From Macrostomum lignano (taxonomy: Eukaryota): DNA of 64,000 nucleotides. Below the pieces are notes generated by a model that ran no database searches, had not been told where the DNA came from, and worked only from the letters and a program-made list of their open reading frames with translations. Positions 10,721 through 23,034 of the stretch are shown here, piece after piece. A program made the translations under genes and the position numbers. The stretch is taken from assembly GCA_002269645.1 (NCBI GenBank), contig NIVC01001655.1, forward strand, positions 186,001-250,000. The letters are read 5' to 3'. Position 1 is the stretch's first letter. Each line of letters opens with the position of its first letter.

Positions 10721-13700
10721 TAAAGCCAATAAGGAAGCCACCTAGTATCTATCACTATCAAAAAGGCAAAATTGGAAAGGAGGCTTTTTGGAAACCAACT
10801 GATGAGTAGGTCATCGCCCTCGCAGAAGATCTTGGTAAAAATTGGAAGTTTTGTTATATAAGTTACTTAAACAATATAAGAAAAGGAGAGGGAAAAGAAA
10901 GGAGAGAGAAAATAGTGAGAGGGAGAAAGAGAGGGGAGAGAGGAAGAAAGAGGGAAGAGGGGATAAAAGAAAAGAGAGAAAAATGATAGAAAAGGACATT
11001 TTCCCTTGGCTTCAACTAAGTAGTCTCTGCAACTTGAGTAGCAGCACTTTGTATAGTGGCTTAGGTTAGCAAGCCTCCAACTAGAGGATGTGACTAGCCA
11101 GTTAAAGTCATTGCTGCATTGCAGGTCAGAAATCCACATCAAGTGCACTTTTATATAAAGCATGGTATTGGTCTTACTTACTGTCTAGACTAATTAATGC
11201 ACACTCCAAAAAACTGCACACAACATAGCCATATATGCAGCATCTAGCTGGTCTCTTCTTGATTGATGTCTATCAAGGCCCAGGTCTTAGTGTTATACAA
11301 TTATAGAAATTTTATTAGCTATAGATATAATAAAAAGGGCCTATCAACTTAAGCTCAAAAAGTCATAAAGTAGAGCCCAAAATGTAATCTATAATGTAAT
11401 GTATATAAATTATATCACTCTTCTATCTATAGTGACACTAAGAAGCTAGATTTGGTAAAAAAATATAAACATTTGGACTTAGGATAGAAAAAAGCAAACA
11501 AAGAAATAATTAAGTACTCTATTCTACCTTATAAGCTTAAGTTTATATAATAGTCCTTAATTGTCTCCTTGCTTATTTTGTCCGATTTTAAGGTCCAAAT
11601 TTTGTCATTTTTTGCCAAACTCAGCTTTTTACCCTACAGTTAGGATCATGACATGCCTGCCTGTGCCAGAACAAATTCTATCAAAAAGTTTGCTTGTGTT
11701 GTATATTGTATTTTTTTAAAAATGCAAAAATCTGTCATTTTCATTGGAAAATAAGCCTACCAAATAAAACTTGTATTTTAATCTGTTTCATAGAAAATGC
11801 AATCTTAATATAAATTAATTAAAAAAGCTATCAATATACTAGCAAACAAAAAGTGTTAAACCTAATAAAAAGAAGTTATATGCTAATTTTTTTATAGAAA
11901 ATTTTGTCTTGGAAGTTTTTATCTTGCACTAAACCATACCAATTTTTTTATCTTGCACTATACTATGCTAGCGCAGCATATATCAAACCTTCTTTAATAT
12001 CAGTATTTTCTATAAAAAAAGGCAATCTTCCTAACTATGGCTCTTAATTCATTTAAAATATAACTCTAGAGTCTACTTATAGTTTTAGGCCTATATTTTC
12101 ACAAATAAATTTTAACAAATTATACAAGCCTAAATTTTAACCAGGCTAGTGACTTAGTCATATATTTTAACAAATTGACAATATATTGACAATAGGCCTA
12201 TATGCATAAAAAATATTGTGACTAGGGGCCTATTGCCTTTATAAATATAGCCTTTTTGATCTATCATCCTTTTGTTTTTAGTTTGACCTACATTATATAT
12301 TGTCTTTCTAAAGAATTATAGGGCCTAAGGGCAGGGGCCGCCTAAGTATTTTAGAGCTCATTTGAAAAAAATTTGCCAGATGGCTTTTGAAAATCAACTT
12401 AAGGGCCTAAAAGGGGCCTACAGACAGACAGACAAACAAACAGCATAGAATTAGGCCTAGCCTAATTAATAGGGCCGATAATTAGACTACAATATAATGA
12501 GATTTTGAAAGTTAGACCTCTATTGACTATTTTAGTAATAGTAGGCTGGCCCTAGGCATACTTTTCATTCATTTTATTTAATAAATCTCATTTGCCTAAT
12601 AAAAAACCTTACTATAGAAAATAGGTCTAGTATAGTAATAAAAACCATGCTAGGCGGCTAAGCCGCCTATTGCTACAATTCAAAAGGTTAGGTTAGGTGA
12701 CCTCATAGTCACTGACATCGTCATCGACATGACTGACACACCTGACAGTGACAGACATTAAAAAAGAATGCCAGTAAATTCGAATAGGGGCCTAGGCCTA
12801 CAGTATTCTACAGTATTCAGGCGATGGTTAAACTTTGAAATGTCCGTCTGCATAACAGCATAACTGTTGGCTGTTGGTCCGCGCTGGAAACCCAAACATT
12901 ATTATGTTTATTAGGCTTGCCTTAATGTAGGCCTAGCTAGTGGAAAATTCTAGGACTAAGACTAAGAGCAGTGAGAAAAAAGACGCAATTTTAGTGAAAT
13001 GTGATTATTTCTTTTAAAGAGCACGGCGAATTCGCAAACACATTAAATATTTTACATAATTTAGGACTTGGTCACTGAAGCCAGCTGCACTGCAGCTGAA
13101 AGTCCACTGTCTGGCAGTCATGATCTGCTGAAACTTGAAACCGAAAATATTTGCGCTTTAAAATAGAAGCAAAATTTAACAAATGCAGAGTAGGGCGAAC
13201 TTAGGATCACGTTGGACAACCAACTTTGTTGTCGTGTAAAAACGATCAGCAAACTTGAAAAGATTAATTTTTCAGTAGACTAAGTTTCCTTTATTTCCTT
13301 ATTCGTGAGTATTTCTTTGAAGCTTTGTGTAAATGTGTAGCATAGAACCTTGATACACTTTAATGATATAGCAAAACTTATAACTTTTAAATCCTAAATA
13401 TAATCTAAACAATATATTTCATGTTTTGCATGGGATAACCGTTCAATAATAAATAAATATTAGCTCAGGACACTTTTTTGGATCTGAAAGGTTATCTCTG
13501 GAAAGTTTTATAGTTTACCAAGACAATGTGACATGTCAATACTTTCTTAATGCTCAACAGGATCATATTTTCAGAATTCAGAATTCTAGGCACTTAAGGT
13601 GAAGAATTTTGTTTCTTTCTTTAATGTTTGCCATTCCTCCAAGCTCTTTACAATACAAGCTAATCTTGGAAATCAATCTTTGCTAAAAAACAGCTTTTGA

Positions 13701-14800
13701 ATACGCTAATATAAACGTCATGATGAACTCTTACAAAGCGCACTAACTTAACTTTTTAGTTTTCTAAGAAGCCACATCCTGGTAATTCATATCACGTTAC
13801 ACACTAATGTTTTGTAGTGTGAAGCGTTAGACAGAAATTGACATAAGGATATTACTGGATATATCCTATCCTGTAGACTATTCATCTAAAAGTGTCCTTA
13901 TGTGTCCTTGTTTTGTCCAGGCGCAACATTACCGGGCGTAGATATAAGTGTAAATACCAGTTTAAAAATCACATAAAAAGAAAGGCTGTTTTTCAACAAT
14001 ATAATTGATAAGGCCTATTGGCTATTATTCTATTGTTTTAGACTTTTAGTTTATAAGTTGTCTGAGTTGATAATTTAATTTATTGTTCGGTGAAATATAT
14101 TTAAATTATATTTTTGGCGAAGTAGTTAATTTTTTCTAGGCTCTTGATGATCTTGATCTTAACAATAGTTTGATAGGAGCATGCCATTTTATTAGGTTGC
14201 AAGATAGTTGCTTGTGTTGTATATTGTTCGTAATAAATCTGCTTGAAAAGTCGTTTTTTTGTTTCCATAGGTCCCTTTACAAAGAGCCTACTGCATTGTT
14301 TAACTGTTTCTGCTTTATATTACTTCTAGTTCTAGTCATGTTTTCCTTTAAAAGCTTAGCTAAAATAATTTTTCATAGTTTTTCACAGGTATAATATTAG
14401 TTATCAATGGGCTATATATATTATAATGTTTTTTATCACTGCAAAATTAGTTCAATTATACTTTCGTTTGTGGTTAATTCACTTGTTCTATATTTTGTGT
14501 TATGTTTTCTAACTTTTAATGTTGCCAAATTATTATATCTAGTTGTTGCTAGTTATTTTATTGAGAAACACTGTTTTGTAGTTTATTTATTTTTTATCAA
14601 TGTACAATTTAACAGCTTATTCAATATAAATTCATTTTCCTATTTCAAGAATAGAATAGTTTTAGGTATTTTTAATCCATTGGGTACTGTTCACATGACA
14701 ACCTAAATTTCGTAACTCTTGTGAATTCTACCTACTTTTAATTCATTCCAATTTTACTCATAGTAAGAACTGTACTATAAATCTAGCTTTACTCCAATTC

Positions 14801-17800
14801 ATGGCATCTGTGCTATATCTACCGCGCATGGCATCTCAGAGATATATGTATCTGAAAGACATTCCTGCAAGGGATATGTACCATCTGCAAACTGTTGTGA
14901 GCACCTCGGAGTCCACTGACCGCTTTGGCGCCTGGTTACTCCTGGCAAATTTTGCTGGTTTCCCTACCGAAACAATCAACAGAATCAAAGCCATGGGCAG
15001 CAATAGAGTAGAATGGACAAAGACATTCTTTGACAATTGGCTGCAGCGGCTTCCAACTCTGGCCTCGGTTGCTCGCGCTGTCACCAAAGCATCCCTAGTT
15101 GAAGCTGTCAGAATCCTGGAGCCTCTGTGCCACGGCGAGGCTCTGCAGATCCTTCAGCAGTGGCAGCGAATGCAGGATGAAGAGCTTCAGCTGCAGTTGC
15201 CGCCGCCGTCTCCAACCATGGGTGCACCGAGGCAGCAGCAGCAGCAGCAGCAGCAGCATGGCGAGTTCCAGCAATCAGCTGACAGTTTCGTTGTGCAGCA
15301 TCGGGAAAACCCGCACGGCATCGAGGCCAACTCCGCCCCCACTGCGACTGACATGGAGACAGAAAATCAGGTGATTTGGTGAAATGATGGCCAGTTTCTT
15401 TGCACCGTTTTGTTTCCTATTGACGAAGTATTGACGTATTGAGCATTTTTTATTCAATTTCCTATACACGTACTTTTTCGCTTGCTTTATAAACCTTTCT
15501 ACGTATTCTTTCTAATTCAGCATCGCAAAAATTTATGCTGGATAATAATCTTAACCGTGCCAACAAACAATTCCTGACGACCCCCTCCCCCTTGCTATTC
15601 TACGCCAAGCCAACCAGCTGCCTCGCTGAGCTGCCCCAGACTCAGCCTGCTGCTACACCTGCAGCCCCCGTCGCATTGAGACAACCGGCGCCCGCCGTCA
15701 GAACTCAGGTAAAAATAGCTTTGATCGCTTTTTTTTAATCTCTTGCCTTTCTTCCTCGTCTCCAATGCTTAATTTCTGTTCTCCTTCTCTGTGCCCAGGA
15801 TTTAATTTTTTAATACATTTCTAGGAATCTCGGGGATGCTAGTTAAAGTCGTTACTCTGTTCCTTAATTCTTAATAAGATTCGTAAACGTTTTTTTTCTC
15901 TCATAAAATATTCCCAATCTCGAACAGTAGGAATCCCGATCTCTAAATTCTATTTCTGAAAAAATATTGGTATCGATTTAATGTCTAAAAAGTCACATCC
16001 AATTTTTAAGAACCCTGATACACTTTCAAAGAATCCGTGATACACTTTCCAAGAATCCCTGATACACTTTCCAAGAATCCCTGATACACTTTCCAAGAAT
16101 CCGTGATACACTTTCCAAGAATCCCTCATACACTTTCCACGAATCCATGGAATCCATGATACACTTTTCAAGAATCCGTGATAGTCTTTCCAAGAATCCC
16201 TGATGCACTTTCCAAGAACTCCTGATACATTTTCCAAGAATCCCTGAATACATTTTCCAAGAACTCCAGATATATTTTCCAAGAAATTCAATCAAACTTC
16301 TAGGAAACCGGATAATTTCTAAGAATCATTTTTTCAATTCTAAGAAACCAGAGCCAACTTAAACAAAAGAATCCCTAATCTCCGAACTCCAACTCCGCTC
16401 ACTCAGCTGCGCATCTCGTGGAGGATGGGCAGTTTCAACCGTCAGCCCGTGCGGCAGCTGCAGCTGGTGACCAACACAGATGAGGCTTGGGCGGCCGCCA
16501 ACCGGCTGCTGAGTTTCCATCGCCAACTCGCCCATCCGCACCTGGCACCGCTGCTTGGTTCGCAAAAGTTCTCTGGCAGTGTCGATTTGTACTTTCCCGT
16601 CTACCAGTGCACTTTAGAGGATGCTTATTGCTGTCGAATTATGACGAAATTTCGATGCCCATTGGACTTCGAGTCCCGGCTGCGGCTGCTGTTCGGCATC
16701 GCCAAGGCGCTGCTGTACCTGCATGGCGGCCAGCAGGCTGGGCAGAGCTTCGTGTTGGGCAACCTGGCTGCCAACTCTGTGAGTCCCAGTCCGGCCTTCA
16801 ATTTTTGTAGGATTTAATTTGCTTTACTAAGAATCTCGATCTCTCATTCTAAGAATTTTGATCGCATTTCTAAGAATCTTCATCTCATTTCTAAAATTCT
16901 GGATTTTTTATTTCAAGGAATCTCAATCTCATTTCGAAAAATATTATCCCGTTTTCTATGAAACCTGATCCCGTTTCTAAGAAACCCGATCCCATTTATA
17001 ATAATATCGATCTCATTTCTAAGAATCTTGATCTCATTTCTAAGATTCCTGATTGCATGCTTAAGAACTCCGACCATTTTTTAGGAATCCTTATCACTTT
17101 CTAGGAATCTAGACATCATTTCTATGAATCCCGAGGCCATTTATCTATTAAGAATCCCACTATGAAATTTTTAGAATCGCAATGGGGCGGAGAGTCTGGA
17201 GCTCTTGTGCGCTTTATTAGTGATGTGGCGGAGAGTCTGGAGCTCTTGTGCGCTTTATTAGTGATGGGGCGGAGAGTCTGGAGCTCTTGTGCGCTTTATT
17301 AGTGATGGGGCGGAGAGTCTGGAGCTCTTGTGCGCTCCATTAGTGATGGGGCGGAGAGTCTGGAGCTCTTGTGCGCTTCATTTGTGATGGGGCGGAGGGT
17401 CTGGAGCTCTTGTGCGCTCAATTAGTGATGGGGCGGAGGGTCTGGAGCTCTTGTGCGCTTCATTAGTGATGGAGCGGAGGGTCTGGAGCTCTTGTGCGCT
17501 TCATTAGTGATGGAGCGGAGGGTCTGGAGCTCTTGTGCGCTTCATTAGTGATGGGGCGGAGGGTCTGGAGCTCTTGTGCGCTCAATTAGTGATGGGGCGG
17601 AGGGTCTGGAGCTCTTGTGCGCTTCATTAGTGATGGGGCGGAGGGTCTGGAGCTCTTGTGCGCTTCATTAGTGATGGGGCGGAGGGTCTGGAGCTCTTGT
17701 GCGCTCCATTAGTGATGGGGCGGAGAGTCTGGAGCTCTTGTGCGCTTCTTTAGTGATGGGGCGGAGAGTCTGGAGCTCTTGTGCGCTTCATTAGTGATGG

Positions 17801-18403
17801 GGCGGAGGGTCTGGAGCTCTTGTGCGCTCCATTAGTGATGGGGCGGAGGGTCTGGAGCTCTTGTGCGCTCAATTAGTGATGGGGCGGAGGGTCTGGAGCT
17901 CTTGTGCGCTCCATTAGTGATGGGGCGGAGAGTCTGGATTACATTTTCACTACAAAGCCACTGCCGTAACGCCGCAGGTAATGCTTGACAGTTTTTGGTG
18001 TCCAGCCATCTGCGACCTGACGGAACTGCGCGAGGCCGACGCCAACGAGAATTTCTCAGCAGACGTGTCGGCTTTCAAAACCGTTGCCATGGAGACCCTG
18101 ACTGGCTGGTCCAGCCGCCAGGACAGGCGCAAATTCAACGAAGCAGTCAACAAAGTGGACGAGCTGCTGACACTGCAGCCCGATACTCGGGATCAGCTTG
18201 TGCTGGATAGCGAGTGCCTGATGCCGGACGAGATGAGGCCAGACGAGACTCAAGTTGATGAGGATGACATCAGCTTAATGTGCAGGCTCTATCAAAACTT
18301 TCTCATCTTGATGCACAAAACAGCTGGCATTGTCAGTATGCAAGACTTGGCAGAGGTTATGAGACAGCATCAGCACTTTAACAGAATTTGGTACACGTTC
18401 TGA
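14801..18403 (+). CDS. IRAK/Pelle/Tube-like death-domain pseudokinase, ~488 aa
   Basis: Exons 14801-15370, 15610-15708, 16407-16778 and 17978-18403, all joined by phase-0 GT-AG introns. The N-terminal domain matches Pelle/IRAK death-domain spacing (YLKDIP..AWLLLANFAGF..TKTFFDNW..TLASV). Kinase-fold motifs HPHLAPLLG, PLDFESRLRLLFGIAKALLYLH and SADVSAFKTVAMETLTG are present. Confidence 0.75.
15990..16340. repeat. 22-bp minisatellite (TGATACACTTTCCAAGAATCCC)
   Basis: Tandem copies in intron 2 of the pseudokinase gene. Confidence 0.9.
16830..17150. repeat. Degenerate ~22-bp minisatellite (GATCTCATTTCTAAGAATC-like)
   Basis: Imperfect tandem copies in intron 3. Confidence 0.65.
17181..17937. repeat. 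41-bp minisatellite, ~18 copies
   Basis: Unit GGGGCGGAG(A/G)GTCTGGAGCTCTTGTGCGCT(T/C)(C/A)ATTAGTGAT, head to tail without spacers, ending ~40 bp before the acceptor at 17977. Confidence 0.95.
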
Positions 18404-18599
18404 CCGATCTGAGACTTGAAAATGCTGTATCCAAGTATTTTTAAACTAAGCAGCTTGTTTTAGTTTCTGTTTTTAAAATATTTTTTACAAGTAGGGAATT
18501 GCAAGCGTAATTTTTTGTGAGTTCTGAGATTTGTGAGCTCTGTAAACTTTTAGTTTGGAATACAGAGTTTAAGAGATTTCGAACTCCGGATCGTTAGTA

Positions 18600-19046
18600 T
18601 GAGATTTTGAACACCAAAGACACCAAAAACACCAAGGACCCACGGAATCTATGTGGGTCCTCGGTGTGAGATTTTGAATCTGTGTGGGTCTTTGTTACGA
18701 GATTTTGAATTTTTGTGGCTCTTTTATTGTGTGAGATTTTGAATCTCTGTGGCATTTTTGTGAGATTTTGAATCGGTGTGGGTCTTTAGTGTGAGATTTT
18801 GAATTTTTGTGGCTCTTTTGTGTGAGATTTTGAATTTTGTGGCTCTTTTGTGTGAGATTTTGAATCTGTATGGGTCTTTGGTGTGAGATTTTGAGCCTGT
18901 ATGGGTCCTTGGTGTGAGATTTTGAATCTGTGGGTCCTTGGTGTGAGATTTTGAATCTGTGTGGGTCTTTGGTGTGAGATTTTGAATCTGTGTGGGTCTT
19001 TGGTGTGAGATTTTGAATCTGTGTGGGTCTTTGGTGTGAGATTTTG
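18600..19046. repeat. ~31-bp minisatellite (GTGTGAGATTTTGAATCTGTGTGGGTCTTTG)
   Basis: Directly visible tandem copies. Confidence 0.9.
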
Positions 19047-19579
19047 TCGAAAATGTCTCAGTTTTAAGTCATTGACAGACTTACCCTGTCGTATTCCTGA
19101 TGGCGTTGGAAAATTATATTGCATGCAGCATTTTTACTACTTTTACGCACTTAACCAGTAGTAAAACCGTAACAGTTAATCAAGGCTCAGAAATATAGCT
19201 TTTCTAAATCGATAGATATGTATATTTAATTATCACGGTGGATTTAAGTGTCACCATATTTAAACAATTTTATGGTTTCGCAATATGAGCTAGAACATGT
19301 GATTCAATCCATTGATAGATACTCTTGGAAGTATTAAATTTTTGTGAAAAATATGTAATTTGTCTTGTACGTCAGGCTAAGATTATTTGTAATTATTATT
19401 TTGTTGTAATATTTAATTGTAATTTGCGCTGCGCTTTCGATTCGTCCAAAGTGATTTCAAATTCGTCAGCGCATGCAACACTATATAGCGCTCAAGAAGA
19501 AGAGAATTAATGTCTATGGTAGTTTTGTCGAGAGTTTCGATGGTCTTTCTAATCTTCGTCTAAGTGAGTTGAATTCGTC

Positions 19580-20296
19580 CAAAAAGTATTGAGGTCGCCT
19601 AGTATAGAGTGCCAATAAGGATGAAAATCTGAAGCCGATTTTTAGAATCCACCCACCCTCTCCGGTCACCAAGCTTTTTAGTCTATGGCACAAGTTGTGG
19701 CTAGAATGGTGTACAAAGCCGATGCTCAGAAATATACATAGAGTGCATGAGAAAAATACAAGTAGCTAATGTAGCTGGACGAATACCATGTATGCTTAAA
19801 ACGTCCTCAAGACTTTATTTCTGTATCTATACTGTAACCGTACGTACGATCATTGCATTGTGTAAGGAGAAAAGGAAGTTGAGCAGGATTCTTGCAGCTG
19901 AGTCGGAAAGACAAAAACATAAGTGATAAGGCAGAGTGAAGGTCCTTGAAAGGCAGACGAAAGAAGGATACAGATGCACCAGAAACGCAGTTATTGCAAT
20001 TAGCTACCGCGACTTTAGTGGCATGGCTGTTGTTGTTCAGACGTAAGGGCTATATGGCATGGCTGTTACGGAGTTGTGTATCGACGACGGCAACTGAGTC
20101 TGGTGACTGAGCAATGCAATTCTAGGTGTGAAATGTCTTATATTTCTGAGCATCGGCTTTGTACACCATTCTAGCCACAACTTGTGCCATAGACTAAAAA
20201 GCTTGGTGACCGGAGGGGGTGGGTGGATTCTAAAAATCGGCTTCAGATTTTCATCCATGATTGGCACTCTATACTAGGCGACCTCAATACTCTTTG
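19580..20296. mobile_element. Foldback/MITE with ~157-bp TIRs, 717 bp
   Basis: 19580-19736 is the reverse complement of 20139-20296. Termini are CAAA(A/G)AG with TSD AATTCGTC (8 bp; 10 bp GAATTCGTCC if the terminal C/G are counted as target). Confidence 0.9.
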
Positions 20297-20319
20297 AATT
20301 CGTCCCTGCAACATGTGTA

Positions 20320-20432
20320 TAAGTATAAGATATTCTATGGGTTTGAGGTCGGTATGTGATTAAATCCCGAGAGCCGAAGGCCGAGGGATTTAAGTGAAAT
20401 ACCGACCGAAAAACACATAGAATATCTTATTT
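20320..20432. mobile_element. Short palindromic element/terminus (TAAGTATAAGATATTCT...AGAATATCTTA)
   Basis: Self-complementary ~110 bp. Its left ~52 bp recurs inverted at 22868-22920, and part recurs at 27058-27101. Confidence 0.6.
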
Positions 20433-20661
20433 AAACTACTTTAATTTTGCGGGATGTATTCAGATAAATCCCGGAGCCATACTTGTATGTCTATGGTTGA
20501 AGTTGGGGATGGGGTGTGGGGGCGAAGCCCCTGCTGGGGGTGTGGGGGCGAAGCCCCCACATTCTTACCATAGACAAGGACCATAGACCTAACTTATGCA
20601 TTGTGAGGCAAGACAATTACATGTAGTCAGCAGGAGTAAAATGAACAAGTCTCCTCTCAGC

Positions 20662-22494
20662 CTACGAGTGCCAGGCTCGAAAGCAGTCAGGGATGCACAA
20701 GCTGGGCTGACCCGGGCACTGCTGACAGACGAAGACGGTACGTTTGGTGATGCCATTGCGATAGCAGACTCTGCAGTGACGTGCAGGCCGCTGGTTACCA
20801 GGTGTGGCAGGCAGCTTACTGGGCAAGTGAACAGCATCGGCAACAGGACGCGATGGGTGGTCGCACCGTCTTTTTCCAGGCCCTGAGCTGTCTATCAGGG
20901 CAACGATCAGTTGTTCCATGAACTTCAGAAAAGTCAGTGAGCCGCCGGAGTGCCGGAACAAAATCCAGGCATTGTGCGACAGCTGCAACAGAAAATAAAC
21001 TCCGAGCCAGGGACTACTCAAACACCGGGACGGGAAACTAGGAATTTTTTACGAGGCTGGTCTTTTATCAGCAGTAGAAAATAACCATAGACAACAAAGT
21101 AACACAGCATCTCTCTAATGCAAATAATTGCCAGCCAGCCTCGTAAAAAATTTTAGTTTCCCGTCCCGGTGTTTGAGTAGTCCCTGCTCCGAGCTTCTGG
21201 TGCCAGCGGTACATTTTTCTGCTTGGGTGGTCGGGCTGCAGCGCAGAGTCAAGGCGATCGACACCACCCATGGACTTGGAGTAGTCCGTCACAGTCACCG
21301 GCTTTCGAACGACCTCCATTTGTCCACCTCGTCTGTACCGTTGTCGCGCAGAGCTCTGGGCCGTACCGAAGGTGTCAAGCAGGTAGACTGTCTTAATACC
21401 GCTTGCTTTTCTGTCTGTCAGCTTCACTGCCAAAACATCACCGCTTCGCATGTAGCAGTAGTGGGATGAAGGCACTGCTGGCATCTGCCGGAGCTCAACT
21501 GGAATGCCGCGGTCACAGCGAATGGTGCCTGTTAGTAAGGTATTGTGAGCTAGTAGAAACTCGACCAGTCGTCGGGAGGAGAAATAACTGTCAACAAACA
21601 CCCTGTAGCCAAAATTTAGCAGGTCCTTTGACAGCTCCACCACTATTCGCTCGCTGACGGACAGGTTGCAGTCGACGAATTTGCTGCCAAACTGCTGTTT
21701 TCCTCAGCTGTCTAATTAACGAGGACGTTTCATAAGTAACCGGTCTTAGAGTCACAAAGACAATAGGTCTTAATTCCATATCTAGCCCGCTTGCTGGGTA
21801 TATTCTGTTTGAACGCTAGTCGTCCTTTGTGCTGAACAAGCTCCTCGTCAACAGCGATGTCCCTGTCAGGCTGAAAATTCTGCTGACAAACTTCCTTTAC
21901 TGAGTTCAAGAACGGGCGGATTTTGCGAAGCGGATCGTCATTATCACCAACGCGACAGTCGTAGAACCTCAGAAAAGATAAGATTTGCTGGAACCGGTTT
22001 CGAGACAGGCAGTTTTCACTCAGGAACAACTGGTTGTCATAAAACTTACCAGTGGCCCAGTTTATCTCTGGCTTGCGCACGATTCCCATGTAAAATATTA
22101 TTGCGATGGTCTTTCTTATCTCATCATCTGCACAGTCTCTCCAATCGGTCAATCTCGGTGGCAGCTGCTGGTCATCCTCTTCGTTTCTCAAAGATTCGCA
22201 GCTCCTCCCATGCGCGAGCATTGGTGAATTCTTTCAAATGACTAATCATGTCCTTCGTGAATAAGTTGAAAAAGAGTAACGGCTCATTAGCTGGTGCCTG
22301 AACGCCAGGATTCCTACCGTGGACCCGAGATTAATCGAGATGTCATCTTCTCCGTCGTTGACAATTGTCCATTCGTTTTCCTCATCCTAAATCTCCAAAG
22401 TTGGCTCCTCATTTACTTCAATAACTGAGTCCTGATCTGACTCAGTCGATGAGCTGTTAGACTCGTCGCTTGTAAGAAGTTGATGAAGACTCAT
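20662..22494 (-). mobile_element. Decayed piggyBac (PGBD4-like) transposase
   Basis: Fragments retain VDEE, FVDSYF and GGVDRLD (the DDD triad), GIKTYCLCDSKTGY, and the C-terminal Cys-rich domain CRVC..CQQCPGQPSLC..CF..WH. It is broken by stops, frameshifts and a MITE. Confidence 0.92.
21008..21186. mobile_element. hAT-type MITE, 179 bp, inserted in the piggyBac ORF
   Basis: ~50-bp TIR beginning CAGGGACTACTCAAACACCGGGACGGGAAACTA and 8-bp TSD CTCCGAGC. Removing it rejoins WHQKLG-VYFLLQ. Confidence 0.92.
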
Positions 22495-23034
22495 TATTAC
22501 TTATCCGTCGAAATAGCAAATTATATGACAATTCTTCTTAAAATTAAGAGATAAACAATCTAGATTGAATGCAAATGAGAAAAATCTTACTAGGTATAGT
22601 GATACAGTATGAGGAAGGAAGGGCAGAAGCAGTCCACAGTGATAGGTTCTGTGGCTGAAACCCCAAAGCAGGGACAGAGTGTTCCAAACACACTCTCTCA
22701 AGTAACGGGTTTTGGCGATGTTAAAGCAGCTCTATTATTTTACATAGCAGTAGTCTATGGTCAGCCCTGCTGACCAATACGGGTTTTCGTTTAATGTAGA
22801 GAAAAAGCACGGTATGGCTCTCGGCTCTCGGGATCACAGATAATAAATACCTGTATTTAGTATCTGTGCTCGGGATTTAATCACATACCGACCTCAAACC
22901 CACAGAATATCTTATACTTAAACCACTTTAAAGTTACTATTCCGGGCCATAGATTTTTATTTTGCGGGATTTAAGAGAACAAATTCCCGGATATATTACG
23001 GGATTGCTGCAAGTTAAACAAGTTAAACAAATAA

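Noticed and set aside
13130-13147. ISRE-like GAAACTTGAAACCGAAAA upstream of the IRAK-like gene
   Set aside because: A single short A-rich motif is expected by chance at a fair rate in 64 kb of AT-rich DNA, and the TSS is unknown.
17181-17937. CRISPR-like regular 41-bp repeat
   Set aside because: Units are head to tail with no unique spacers, there are no cas genes, and it lies in a eukaryotic intron.
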